Both the position numbers and the translations under genes were made by a program. A stretch of DNA of 64,000 nucleotides from the NCBI GenBank assembly GCA_043228905.1, contig JBHGNT010000013.1, forward strand, positions 13,144,001 to 13,208,000, read 5' to 3'. This DNA comes from Azolla caroliniana. Lineage: Eukaryota > Plantae > Polypodiophyta. The notes under the pieces were generated by a model, which saw nothing but the letters and a program-made list of their open reading frames with translations, ran no database searches and was not told the DNA's origin. This document shows, one piece after another, positions 1 to 14,700 of the stretch (its first letter is position 1; every line of letters begins with the position of its first letter).

Positions 1-499
1 AAACATCATGTCAGTAAATTGGCTGACCCCAACATATGCCTGTAACAGAGAAGAGAGATTGGCTATTCTCCTTTTGAATTGTCATTCTGAAAATGATAGT
101 AGTCGTTCATATGCTAGCATTCACATTTTTGTAACAAACTATATCACTGGTGGTAAAATTCAATGTGAGGTAAAAATCCACAAAAAATGATTACGCCAAC
201 AGATGATGGGCACGTCATTGGATGTCTTCACAAACTAGAAACACTTAAAGGAGATGAAATACATATACCATTAGACTACCATTAATATATGCATCATGAT
301 TATGAAACCAATCTCACAGCCACTACTTTCTTTCAGTTTCATTCATTATACTAGCACACACATATACATAATCATCATTAATAAGAAACAGAATTAAAAG
401 TTGGGTTTCATTCATCTGACTAGCGTGCACACAAATTATCAAAATTATTAATATGAAACAGAACTCAACACATTTATTTAGCTTTGATTTAGATTTTAC

Positions 500-3400
500 A
501 TCTGCAATTTCTGTAGCCCGCTTCTTCGAAACCCCCATGTCAATAAGGTCCATAATTCGAAATGCAAGTTTCCTAGCTGGATAAACATCAAATGTGCTTG
601 GACTGCTCCAAATAAAAACATACAGTTTATTATGATTTAAGACACTACTAAAAAAACTTCAATAATCCAAAAGCAAAGGACATATTGAACCTACTCATAA
701 GCTTCATATTTCAACTCCGGATGGCGTTTGTATACTTCCTTAACAAATGGATCTTCTGGCAAAACAATCTCCACGGGATCTTTTTGTGGTGTGAAATCAG
801 CCAACGGTGGATGCCTGTAGATATTCATCTCTCTCCTCTCTCTCTAAAGAATATCACGAAAGTAAAAAATATGCCAAAATACCAATAAGAGAAAAACAGG
901 CTTGGAATATAGGATGCAAGGTACAAAATAACAATAAGAGAAAATTCCTCTCAAGTGATGACACTATGCAATGGTTTAAATGATGGGGAGTAAAATATCT
1001 ATTGGTGCTCTCAAGTGACGCTATGAAGTAGGTGATCATTGAGGATAAATTAATAGAGGCATAGTATGAACCATACGTACCATACATGCATTCGCATTCA
1101 AGAATGTTTCAATCATTTGAGTATGGTAAACAACCTCAAACTATGTTAAATACCATACTTCTGTATTCATCATTTATTATAAGGTAAATTTTTCTTTTAA
1201 GGTAAGAAAGTTAGGTAAAAAGTGTAAAAAGTTTTTATAACATACACATTCGTTTGCGTTCGTATGAAAAAGAATGTTTGCCAATGCATTCGAGTATATT
1301 ACATACTATGAATAGAGGCACTAAAGATGAGTGGAAAGATTATAAATGTCAAGATTGGAGTATTACATTGCAAACCCCCAACATTGGCCCCAATACAAGG
1401 TAAAAATGCCAGAATGTATCCAACCACATCTTACTACCCTCATGAGCCTTGCCTCTCAAAGAGCTTTAACACTTCTCCAAACTCGCTCACACAAGTTAGG
1501 TGTTTAGGTAACAACATGGCATCATTACCCTGGTAAGAAGCTTTGCAAGGTATGCAATGAAAACCTAGTGGAGGATAAATATCATTTACTTCTCACGTGC
1601 TCAGCATAGAAGGTCATTCACAAGAAGTATGATGACTTATTACACGGACATGATATTTAAGTGTCCCACTCAAATCCCCAATCAAGAAGGGTGAGCACAT
1701 ATGTGTGTGCATTATTTTCACATAGAGAGTTTTTCCTACAAAGTAGTAAATCCCCTTCTTAGGAAGGAGGCACATACAAGATGATATGTTTATTTGATCC
1801 CATGCGTCAAAACTTGCCTGCTCATGAAAATGAAAGTTTCTATTCTATCCTATTCGCAATGCTATGGTGGTCCAAGTGCTGCTTTATGGAGTGGAAGTGT
1901 GGGGTGGCGCTATCTCACTTAGTGTATAGAATGAAATAGATAAAATCCAAAAAATGTTCTTATGTAGAAAATTGGGGCTAAAATCCTCAACATCCTACCC
2001 TATCATGCTATTAAAAACAAATGCTCGGACCATAGAGATACTAACCACATAAAGAGTATACAAGTATATCATAAAAGTCAAGAATATGCCTGATCATAGA
2101 CTACCAAAACAAACTTGAAACATCTGATTCAAGGTTAAAAAAAACTAATAAGAGCAAAATCCTCTCATCTGGTAGAGTACTTGACACTATGAAATGGTTT
2201 AAGAGATGGGGAATAAAAGATCATTGGAGTTCTCAGGTGATACTATGAAGTATGTGATCATTGAGGATAGATTATTAGAGGCATGAACGAGGAAGTGGCA
2301 GGATGCTAAAATGCCAAATTTGGAACATTAGATTACAAATATTACCCCCCAACGATGGTCCAACACAAGGTAAAAATATTGAACTGCATCTCACTACCCC
2401 CATGACTCTTGGCTCTCAGGAAGCCTGAACACTTCTTGGAACTCGCTCACACAAGTTAGGTATTGAGAGCCACCACCAAATCTGAAGTGGAGGAAATTAA
2501 AGAGGTTTGCCATTTCAAATACCTTGGAATAGGCAGACCTAGTCAGCACTTGGAACAGGCATCTAACTAGAATAATGACATCCAGCACAGCCCAGTACTA
2601 TGAATTTAAGAATACATTCCATTTTCCCACAACTCAATGGGATTAGAGAATACTCTGATATATGGTAATAAGGTTTGGGATGGAAGTATGTCAGGAAGCT
2701 CATGGAATGAAATAGAGAGAATGCAAAACAAGTTACTACTATGCAATTCAAGGGTTAAGTGCCCAACCTCAATTTCCATAACGTTTCTAGAAACTAGTAG
2801 AAGGCCAATACTGGATTAAGCTCTTCAATGATTTTACAGGTAGATATTGAAATTTGATGGTGACCACGAAGTCAAATTTCTTTCATCCAATTGGTTCCAA
2901 CACACAGGGAATGGTTTGCAAGATGGCATATTAAAGAATGTATGGATGGGGAATAGAAGGACAGAAGACGACAGAAGACAAGGATCAATGTTTTACTTGT
3001 GTGAGCTACCACATGAAATGGAGAACAACCCAACGTATATGTAAGTTTGAGTCTTATTATAGCCAATTCAAATTGCAAAAATTACTGAGTGTGAGTAACC
3101 AAGCACCATCAAGAATGTATAGAACATTGTTTCAAAAAAGTAGCATATCATGCCATCTAAACATATTATAATCCATATGGAACTATCGAGACAACATTCC
3201 CAAGATCAAATGTGGATGTTCATGCCAAAGAGCACACAATATGCATTCACTGATGCAAATACACTCACACACATTGAAAATAGAAACTAGACCAATACTG
3301 TATCAAAGAACCAGAAGCAGAAAAAAGTGTCACTTTGGAATGCTTTGCTTACAAGGTACATTGTGCATGATTATCACGGATTCCTCGAAGGTTCAAGAAC

Positions 3401-4001
3401 TCCAAATGAGGATTAAACAATTTGCAACAACAACAGGTATGTTCTTTGGTCATCTACCAGAGCACATACTCATGGAAGATCAAAATATGTAAAACAAGCC
3501 TCCGGCCTTCTAATTAATAATTCATTTCTCCTCTTCTTGTATCTCTTACATCTGTTTACGTTCACCATGTGAGTGAAGAAAAAGGAAAGGGGAACTCAAA
3601 CAAAGCTATGTTTTCATTTTTATTCTTCTTCAGCCATACATACATGAGTCTAAATTGATCATTCTTAAACAAAAGCTCCAATATTTCTTCCATGGAAAAA
3701 CGATGAGAACGTCTAATCAAATGGCAAGAAATAACACATGAAAGGGAAAAACCTGAGCTTAGCAAAAAGCGAAGAGAAAGTAAGCAAATTTTTAAAAAAT
3801 TAAAAAGAAGAAGATACAGATACTGGAATTCGTAATCCTTCAAATCTACCTACGTCTGAAGAAAGAAAGGAAGGAAGAAGGGAAGGAAGGAATGAAGATT
3901 TACTTGACGAGGGGCTCGAACCACACAGGTTTCTTTGTCAGCATCTTGGCTTCCATCAATTTCTGAGTCATGTAAACAAGACGCACTCTCCTGTTGGACA
4001 T
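500..4001 (-). CDS. Mitochondrial small-subunit ribosomal protein mS23-like, 5' part; exons 4001-3904, 814-695, 602-500; downstream exons unresolved (candidate exon at 39-1)
   Basis: GT-AG joins give a continuous frame MSNRRVRLVYMTQKLMEAKMLTKKPVWFEPLVK-HPPLADFTPQKDPVEIVLPEDPFVKEVYKRHPELKYEAYD-PSTFDVYPARKLAFRIMDLIDMGVSKKRATEIAD. The PxW...PP, IxLPED and GxS..A motifs match mS23 as I recall the family. Confidence 0.78.
850..1540 (+). mobile_element. Degenerate RTEX-like LINE 3' fragment in mS23 intron 1, interrupted by a MITE
   Basis: Similar to 2070-2470 (aagagcaaaatcctctca...gacactatg..atggtttaa..gatgggga...aactcgctcacacaagttagg) and to the KILxSGWxxDxxKWF peptide at 31341. Confidence 0.6.
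1060..1310. mobile_element. hAT-type MITE (251 bp)
   Basis: Terminal inverted repeats CATAGTATG...CATACTATG; perfect 8-bp TSD AATAGAGG (1052-1059, 1311-1318); related copies at 21360-21831. Confidence 0.88.
1800..3430 (+). mobile_element. Two further degenerate RTEX-like LINE ORF2 C-terminal fragments (about 1800-2480 and 2580-3430)
   Basis: Residual peptides AMVVQVLLYGVEVWG, LIYGNKVWD...SWNEIERMQNK and HSHTLKIETR, typical of the post-RT region of non-LTR elements; many stops and frameshifts. Confidence 0.6.
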
Positions 4002-5088
4002 CGTGACAACCACTCTCCACTGGCGCCTTCTGCAACAACAGCCCAAAAAAAAAACAGAGACAGAGACAGAGACAGAGACAGACTGGAGAAGCGCTTCTTT
4101 GAGATCAGAGGATCGCCATGGCCATCTATCTCATCAACACCAAAATCGTGGCCCCTGCCCTGCCCTGCCCTGAGCAGCTGCGATCGAGCAGTGAAATCAA
4201 TTTAAAATTAACATGGATACCCCTCCTCTCCTCTCCTCTCCTCTCCTCTCTCCTGACTTTTCCTTTTATTTTCCTAAAATGCCCCTCTCCCCCCCCGGAG
4301 ACCTTTCTCTACTCAATTCTCCTCTGCCTTCCCACTCATTGGTGGCAATCTATTTTCAATCATTCTATGCCTATCCATCAGTTTTGTGATTCGAAGAAAA
4401 CTAATGATATCATGACTTATTCATGTGTTGGATGAAAATTTGTGCTTCAATAGGCCAGTTTGAAGGTGATAGCCAATCAATGCTTTGGCATTTCTTGAAC
4501 AAAATCGAAGAATGCATATATGTGATTATCATACATGAAATGATGTGAATGCCAAACAAACACACCTCATTTATTCATTGTTGAACACAATAGTAGGCCA
4601 CATAATGGATGTATGTATGCATGCATATGTGTGTGTGCGCTTGTTTTCCATTTGTTTTATCATATTTATGAATAGGAGAGCGTAGTATTTCATTATCGAT
4701 GATCTTCATATCCTCAATATACATAAGATGGAGGCAATTTCTCGAATGTAATTCACAAGTAGTTATAAAGATCGTTGGGGTACTCCACGTAGGATAAGTA
4801 ATGAAATGGCATTGGAAGGAAACGCGATGAGGCAGTCTAACAGAGCCATGTGAGGTTGGTGAAGCGAAAAAGATGATTATTAGATTGCTCATAGATGAAA
4901 ATTTTGTAAAATCTTTTACACAAAACAATGATATCTTTGTGAAAAATAATGATATCATGATTAAGAAGATAGTACAAAATAATGATATCATGATCCAGAA
5001 GATAATACAATGCAGCAACAAGTATTATTACTCATCTTTCAGACAAAGAGCAGCACATCAAACAAGGAATTTGTGACATATTTTTACA

Positions 5089-5741
5089 TCAGACAGGCCT
5101 CTTGCAGGGTTTAATTCTCCATATTTGCTCTGCATATTCGGAGACCACCTTGTCACTGCTAAACTTCCCAGAGTTGGCAGTGCTAAGAATGCTCATTTGA
5201 GTCCATTTCTTCTTATCCACAAATGCTTTATCAACAGCAGCCTAACAATAATACCCATCATAAATTTAGCTCAAAAAATATTCGTTGTTACATTGGATGT
5301 ATTATGTGCGCATGGAGTAAAGGTGCCACTTGATCCGAAAAATGTATAGAAAAATTACCACTTAATGTCAGATGAGAAATTCCTTATATGACGGTTGTTT
5401 ATTGCTTCAGAAAATCAAGTGATGGGAAAAACTCACAAATGCAGTAGAAATTCAGAGAAAGCAAGCTTTAGTCTGATGTTTAGAATTGATACAGACACAT
5501 ATAAAATCTATCATGCATGCCCTTGCAAGAAGTGGAAATAAACAAAAATAAAGAAACACGATGCAATGTTTCCGAGGAAATATCAAGAATATCGTGGAAT
5601 ACACAAAGAAAATGTGTTTGGAGACATTAATTAATGAGAAGGCCTCCCAATGGTGACCACTTATTTTCCATATATTATGATTGAACCATCTGTTATCAAT
5701 GATGTTGAAATATTACGAGAGAGAGAGAGAGAAAGAAAGAA

Positions 5742-5772
<31 letters not shown>

Positions 5773-8700
5773 CGTCTTTTAAGAGAGAGAGAGAGAGATA
5801 CCTGTGCTTCAAGATATGGTGCAAAATCATTTCCGAGAAGATAAAAGTCTCCTTCCTCTCCATCAATAGAATCACATAAAGACTTGAAATAATCTTCAAA
5901 CCCAAAATATCCATTTCGGATCATACTAAAGAAAACAACAAAAAGCTAATACTAAAGCTCTCAAACAATTAAGAATGACCAAAATCTTTTGAAATTAGAA
6001 GTTCTCCCTACCCTAAAACTCGTTGAAATTCACGAGGAGGCTGGAAATTGCGACGCTCTGCTCTAACACGAGGTACATCTTCCACCGTCATGCCAAATGT
6101 GAACTGCAAGCATAAACACAATGACTATTATGTAACCTAGATACGCTTTTAATTACTAATAATATACCTATATTAACACAACTATTCCATTGCGGAGAAA
6201 AACAATGTTACATTCACAGTAGATTCTAGCTTATTCTGTCTGACTGTATGCTGTTGCAAAATTTAGCCTACACAACCAAAGATAGAAACTATCTACGGTT
6301 AGACGTGAAAACAATACTGCAATGAGAGTAGGAACACATTGATTTTGTAATGCTTTTGTCAATCTAATTGTAGAGATAAGTAAATCAGATCAATGTTCAA
6401 CATCTCTAAGGAGCCAAAGAGGGCAATGAGACCCAATGTTGATTGGGGGTACATCTGAAAATACTGTCTGATGAGGAAGAACAACACAAAGGAAATGGAC
6501 AAGAACAATATAAGTTCTGTTTGCAATCGCCAACTTCCAAGAGCACATTGTCAATATGACATTTCGTTTTTCCAATCTTGTAAACTTGGCTATGTGCAGA
6601 TTAAAAATAGCAAAAAACTGTACATTCATGACAAAACAACACGTGTACATGGGTTAGATCTTTTACAAAAACCAACACATGGACATGTGTTAGATCTTTT
6701 TTACAAAAACCAAAACATGGACATGTGTTAGATCTTTTTTACAAAACCTGAATAGAAGGACTATTGAATAAAAAACACAAACCATGTTTTCATGTCCAAT
6801 TTCATCTCGTATTTCTGTGTTTGCACCATCTAGCGTGCCCAAGATCAGGCATCCATTCATCGCAAACTTCATGTTCCCAGTCCCTGATGCTTCATTTCCT
6901 GGTGTGCTGTACGTGAAATTGCACATGAATTAGAAATGAATCATTAATCATGCCTCGAGACTTCACACTAAAGTGAGCACAACTAAAACCTAGTTTCCAA
7001 GAGGAGAGACAATTTTATTATAGCTGTTGTTCCTCACATACAGTAATATAAAGTAGATACATTAACATCCTTGCGAGGTCAGACTCCAAAAATACCAACC
7101 AAATCATCTTTTCTCTTGAAGTTTCTTAGTTTATATGCAGGGACTTTAAAATTTATTAGAGTTTTGAATCTTGATAAATAAATATATCAGCTTCAACAGA
7201 CGCTGGTAAGAATTGCAAAAGGCTTTGTTTGGAGATATTCCTCTGTAAATTGTAACTGAGGGATTAATACATTGCTGGACAAACAATCTTTGTAACCCAC
7301 ACGGTATTCTCTATAACTAACCTAATATGTTGAGAGAGATCGCATGCAGGAATGATCAATTCTGCCACAGAAACATTGTAATCTGGAATAAACACCTGTA
7401 TTATCAGAAAGAGATTACCAACAATTCGAAATGGTATAAATTACAAAATGTACATCAAACTTTTTATGCAAAGTCACATAGTAATTTACTAACCACTTTG
7501 AGAAGATCTCCAACATCCGGATTATTATTTACTTTTTCTCCAACAGCATGAACAAGCTTAATTATCTGCTTTGCATATTCATATCCTGGTGCTGCCTTCC
7601 CTGCAAATATGTGTACACGTGGCACAACTTTCCTCCTTTCACTAGCTGGCATATTCTGAAAGAAAATGGAATTAAAATAATGAAGATATAACAATGTGAT
7701 TATGTTTTCATTAGAGAACTTTGATATTGCCTCTAGATGGTTTAAAATTCCACACCTTAATGCAGTCATATCGATGAATGATGCTAAGCAAGTTCAGAAA
7801 CTGTCTTTTGTATTCATGTATCCTCTTAACTTGGGCATCAAACATTGCATCCACACTAATCTGCATTTTTTTACTTGTAATAAGAACCTGTAAACTGCTC
7901 AGGAACTTCTACAAATTTATCTCCTTTCAAGGATTTCCTGTACAGAAATTCCTAAATATTGCACAGGAGGAGGTAGCTTCTTTTGTTTTCAGTAGAGCTG
8001 TGGTTTGAGTACCTTAACACCGCTTATTGTATTTATGTACTGAGCCAGTCTTCTCTTGTTTTCTCGGCGAGCCTGCACCCTCAAAATCATAAGAACAGAA
8101 AATAACAGATTTGTATTTTTGTATATTTCAGAAGGATACTAAAATAATGTTCGAAGAGAACGCAAACCTCATTCCATTCTTTCTGAAGTTCTGAATTGCT
8201 TGCATGTTGGCACAGTCCAGCCACAATATCCAGATCCTTTATCCATGCCTCTGTACCAAGCCATTTTGTTATTACATCCCTAAGTGCAGGGTTTCCAAAT
8301 GCGAGCCATCGGCGCTGGAAAAGGACATAAAACAGTTCATCAAAATGTTTTAGACTCAGACACCAGAATTTCAACCTTGATGGCAGCTATGTATGCCAAA
8401 TCAGATAAATTAAGACGTTAAGAAATAACTGTGAAATTAAATTACAGAATAGTGCATGCGGGCTACCTGAAAAGGTTACGATGCATAAATGTGAGAACCA
8501 TACAAAGTTTTTCAAATTAAGAATTTCAAGTTTTACACAAGAATGAGAACCATTCAGATTCTCTAAGAATTTCATCTATACTGCTCTTACAATTTATATT
8601 GAAATGTACAACTATAATTCCCAATGACTCACAGATATTTTTAATACATACTTTAGTAGCTGACAGCTAACCTGTGTGACACCATTTGTTTTGTTCTGAA

Positions 8701-11700
8701 ATTTGTGGGGCCAGATGCCATAGAAGTCCTGCAAATCATGAGACAAAGACAGTACTGGCTAACTATCTAGTTGAACCTTCAGAAATGAATGCACAATGGC
8801 AGCTACGAAGTTTACATGATTGTCTGTTACCTTCAGAAGTACAGATTTTACATATGCAGAATGCATTTGGGAAACGCCATTTACTGTGTGAGAAGCTACA
8901 ACAGCCAAATTTGCCATTCTGATCATCTGCATTGTGTGGACTAATCACCTTAGTATGGAAGAATTAATTCTAGAATACCATCCATAACAAAACTAACCTT
9001 TGTGGAGTCTTCCTCAACAATGGATAGTCGAGCCAAACGATCAAAATCAGATCCAACTTTTTTCTTAACTTCATCAATGAACATATCATTGATCTTGTAG
9101 ATTATCTACAGAATAGCAAAACAAAAAACATTTGAGCAATAGATGTCCGAAGTGAGAAAATGAATGACGATTTCAATTTCGATATGTTGCAGAAAACCAA
9201 GGAACATGGAGCAAAAAACTTCAACAATTAAATCATAATAGTTACGAAGGGCAATAGAAAACACAGGATCCCCACTACTTAACATGATACATGTACCTGT
9301 AGTATACTCATAAATATTGTATAACAAAATATCCCAGTTAAACCAGAATAACTTCTGCCATTTGCAGAACAAAACTTAATTAAATGCAGAAATAGAAATC
9401 TGTCATCTTCTTGAAAGTTGAGATAATCAAATAATGTGTTCGGTTCATTATTCAACATTATTTAGAAAGAAAGAACATCTCTAAATAGGACAAACTAACC
9501 TATTCAGACCCACAAGTGTTACAATCATGATACGATATCTCATCAAAGCTCTGTGAACTAGTAAGTAAATGTAGAAGTTACCCTGGAGTAGGCTCTGAAC
9601 AAAATTATCAAAGAGCTATGTGATACAACATCCAAGTCAGGAGTTTTCTAATGTGAGAACACTTTTAGGGTGTCTCACAATATAGTATCAAAGGCATTTC
9701 GGAAATCCAGAAAGCAGCAATAAATCCTCTTTGGACTCTGCCCTCCTAGATAAGGACTAAGATGGTCAATATGTGATCCAAAGTTGTGAACCCCTTTGGA
9801 AAGCCCGATTGTTCAGCTGAATATCAGTTGGTGTGTATATGGAGATGAGCATCACAGATGCATTGGTTAGCAAAACCTTATCTTAACACTAAGGTACAAC
9901 TTTCATACAAAAATTAATGGAATTAAACTCTCTAAAAGACTACAATGGCCTATGAGATCTGACAAAATACTACAGGTGTTTAGAGTGCAGGAGACAGAGG
10001 TTTGGCAGCCATAATCATGTTGGGCCAATAATAAAAAATATTTCAGTCGCGCACCCAAAGATAATATTTACTCACGAAAAACTTGAGATGCTGTATTGAG
10101 CCTAAATAAAGTTTGTCTCAACTCAAGAAATTCCTTTTTAGAAAATCCATTAACAACCTCTCATTTCAGCGTTATTACTACTACATACAGAGGTAACAAA
10201 AATCGTCAAACTATTATCATAATTAGAAACCCATTTGTGATGATAGCTGATCTGAAATCTCATACCCTAGGCATGTTTAAACCTGTATGCAATCTTGTCA
10301 GCAATAGCATCATTTGATTAAAAGTGCAAGCAAAACTTTTGATAACCATATAGACCAATATTTTCAAGGCCAACCACTTCATGGAAGCTTCACTAAAATA
10401 AACAAGATGGAAATAAAATAATGTATTGACACATGCTTACTTGAAGGTGGCGAGGCAATAGACTTCCCATCAGCTCCACTGGCCATTTCTCTAGTCCATC
10501 TGGTGCGATAGCATGATTTGTGTATGAGAAAACTCTGGTCACAATGTTCCAAGCATTTTGCCAAACCAAATTCTCTTCATCGATAAGCATTCGCATCAGC
10601 TCTACTACTGCAATGGATGGATGAGTGTCATTCAAATGTAATGCAATCTGTAACAGGAAAAAGCACCAAGATGAATTTAATCAATAATGATGAGGTATCA
10701 CCCAAAGTATAATACTCAAGTAGAAGACTAGTCAAATTAGATACCTTATCTGGAAATTCCTCGAAATCAGAATGATAGTCCTTGAACCGTCTTATAATAT
10801 CTTGGAGAGAGGCCGAAACAAAGAAATACTGTTGCTTCAATCGCAGCTCCTTCCCCTTTAATGATCAAAGCTAGCAAACTTTAGTATTGTAGTACAAAAT
10901 AGCAAGCTGCAACATTATTATACAGACATTGCAACTTATGATGTTGAGTCTAGAACCAAGCTAAGAGATTTGGAGAAATGACTTGCAATGAACGAGCAAT
11001 AAAAAGATGGTGACTATGGTGAATGGTCTATATCAACTTCAATGATTGAGTTCCATCTGTTGTTTTTCTATGATTTAGTGATCTCATCAAAGTACAAAAA
11101 GCTCCTTTTGATGCCAGTGGTTCAGTCAATGTTCTATGTTGAGTGGATGTGTTCTTTCTTACAATTCTTGTCTTAAAGGTCATGAAATGGTTTGGGTATG
11201 TTTGGAATCATTGCCTTGAGTTCTTCTCCTCAGCTTTCTTCTTCTTAGTCCAGTCTATACATTCCCTATCCCTCTATCAAGGCACAAGAGGATGTGGAGG
11301 TTACTGTTCTATCTCTGCCGGATCTTTAGACTTTCTCTAGTATGAACGCAGAGGGCCTACTATTTCCTATTTACGGGAAAATGCTTTTGAGCAGTTTTTG
11401 TGGGCACACCTTGTATATTGTTGCAAATGTTAAATAATGCATTGGCATTTTCATGCATAGCATACAATTTCAAATCAGTTTTAGTTTTATGTTGGATCTT
11501 TGGATACAATTAATCAGCTTCTTTGTGTCTGAGTCAATTGCCACACAGTTGATTGACTATGAGGACAGATATTACATGTTATGGGCCTTATGATCCATGT
11601 TAGAGCTTAATCCTAATGTAACCATGAAATAAAGAAATATAATGTAAGCATGTTAGAGAAAGAGAGAGAAAGAAGGGTGCCGATCCACCCAACCACCCTC

Positions 11701-14700
11701 GAGTGAAGGGATCAAGACTGACTCGAGACTTGATCGGCGTCCATACCACAGCCATGGCATCGAATCGTACCTGGTATTGGCGCACTTGCTACAAGAGTTT
11801 GTTCACCACACGATCACAGTCTCAACGTAGTCAAAATGATGTGCCTCATGGGGGTAGCTAGGCCTCATATTTATAGCCAGACCTAAGGCCCCCAGGCAAG
11901 TTCACACTTGACCATTATGGGTTGTCTCAATTCCTAGGATTAAAAGTAAACATCCCTTCTTTACTCTCTCAATTAACCCTCACACTTTATCCTCGTGTAT
12001 AGAATACTACGGTACAACTTACAACGGGATGAATTATGATCATGCCCATAACAATCCAGGATGGGCATTGACTAGGATATTTTGCTTCTAAGAAAAAGTG
12101 GAATAGCTTCTTCTTTTGTCCAAACTTGAACTGGTTACTGCATTATGTATTGACAATTAGTTTAGAGATCCTCAAAGAAATTTTATGGATGCATCTACAA
12201 CATTCCGCGGACGAATTCCATATTCTGTTTTGCTTCGCCCAAGCAGCTTTAGAGCTTATATATTAGCTATACTTCCAACAGCGTGTCCCCATGCATCATC
12301 CCCTGTTACAGCCTGGTGCTGAAGCATGTGGAAGTGAAAGTTTATCATAACCTTCAGATATAAGTATGTGTGCATGATTGTATGGGCACAAAAATTTTCT
12401 AGCCCATCATAATATGATATGATACTGCCAGAAATCCAACAATTCTTAGCGGACAGACAAATCGTTAGTATTCATTCAGTGTTTAAGCCATTAAAGAGGG
12501 TTTATGTAGGATTTCCAACCCAGATCTATTTCAGGCAAAGATCTATGTGGCAGCAGTAGGAATAAGTTGGCTTAAGAGATTCTATGTGAGAACCATGATA
12601 GTCCTGATGCAGGAATATGAATGCAAAGTGCATTATGGTTACATCAACTCCTGAGCACATGTATGGGAGAGTGTATGGGTCAATCTATTGTTTGTGTGGT
12701 GCTACATGTGTGTAGAGTTTATTATGGGTGCCAATGTGTGGGCACATGCATGGATACATAGCTACATGTGGGCATGGTGACCACCATATTGACAGAGGCC
12801 TCATACTCTACTTTGCATTAAACCGGGAGTTCCAATAGAGAACCTTTGATAAAACCTGAGTGTGGTCTCTCATATAAGGTATTGAATCATATCTCATAAA
12901 ATGGTTTGTGAGGTTACTTGTCACAACACTACATGCATCTCTTTTTTCTTGTAGGGTTATATACCTCATGTGTGAGAGATACTTCACAATTTTTCCAACC
13001 ATTTTTAAACATGTTAGTTGAGATATCCACCAGATCGATAATTCTGTAGTGACATGTTGAGCATTGCAATCACGTGGATATATTAAATACAAAAGCAATA
13101 AAGTTTTTTATTTTATTTCAAAAAGCAGATTAAAGTTGTATAATTTTCCAACTGTGCATTAGCATTACCTGATATGTGCGATCATCAGGGTAAAGAATGC
13201 TACTGATTGCTTCCACCCTCTGCTTGCTAAGGATAGCATTTACATAATCTCCAGTATTGAATGCTTCCTATACAGAAATCAATATGCAAATCATGGATTT
13301 TGGAAGACGATTAGCATGTGGATATGTTCAAGTGCACACATTCTAAAGCGAAATCAAAAAGAATACTAATAGCATTCTATGCAGGAATACCAGATCAAAT
13401 CCGCTGCTTGGCTTTGCTGACCATAACCGAAGATTGATAGTGTTATTTGTATCATAACCAGGTATTGGATTATCATATGCAACCGCTTCAACCTACAGCA
13501 GTACCACTCATAAGTTATCATCTATTCTTCTTTGTTACCTTTACGACAATAGAATCCATTTAATATCATTCGAGAAAAAATAAGAAGAAGACTTCTCAAT
13601 CTAATGTCCAAACCATCTCATCAGGTATCCAATTATAGTGTTTCTTTCCATTCCTTGTCTCCTCCTCCACTTTTCCATAGAACTGCCAACCCAACATATT
13701 GCCCAATTGGTTAGATAATGCAAAAGAACATGAATCTAACTCTATTCTAGTTCACTGCCTGGTTTTTTAAATTAGAAATTTGGATGACAGAACAAAAAAA
13801 GTTATACCAACCTAAACCTTACCCCAGCCTAAGAAATTCCAAGAATCCAAGGGTTAAAAATGGAATAATGTGAAGCAAAAGGAGGGGGAGAGATAAGAAA
13901 TGTATTCCTCTGTCTTTGCTTGGAAAAAAATGTGACAATCATAAACATGTGATATGGAGTTAAAAGAGATTTTCATTTAGCAGTTTGGGGATTCTAGGCA
14001 GCTCGTCACAAAACCCAGGTATTCAGTTGCATTGGAAAAATAGTTTCAGTGACATTTATAAATCCATAAACCCAGATGAAAGCCCTATGCTATATTTCAC
14101 AAAATAGCTGACATCCTGTACAACTTTTAGGTTTGCTATTCTTCACACATTTTCCCACGACATATTCATAGAAATAAACAAAATGGACATCATTGGCACT
14201 ATTGCAACGAGGAATGTTAACCCTCACACATTAACGTTTATGTTTTAATGCATCTTAAAGATCATAATTTAATAGAAACTTTGCAAAGAAATATGACATC
14301 AACATTCCAAAATATAATTTTTTTGTGGCCTTTAATTAAGATATGTATAAATAAAGGGGAGGGAATTCAATTGATATAATTCATGCTATTTCTCTTCAAA
14401 AGACTATTACTGTCATACCTGAACAGGATATGACACATGCACACGTTGAATCTCCCAAGGATTCCCAAAATTTAACCGGAAATCAGGCTGCTCATGTTGA
14501 AAACCATCTTTAATTTTCTGGCGGAATAATCCATATTGATAGCGCAAGCCATACCTGATAAAAGTATACAAGAACAGAGTTTATGTTATAAATCTGAACT
14601 TGGAAATATGTCATACTACAAGAAATAGAATTATTGACCCATGTACCCCCAAGCAGGCAAGTCTTGTGTGGCAAATGAATCTAGAAAGCACGCAGCCAAT

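Noticed and set aside
4575-5076. 148-aa and 67-aa ORFs downstream of the phosphorylase
   Set aside because: Driven by short aatgatatc repeats in 3'UTR or intergenic DNA.
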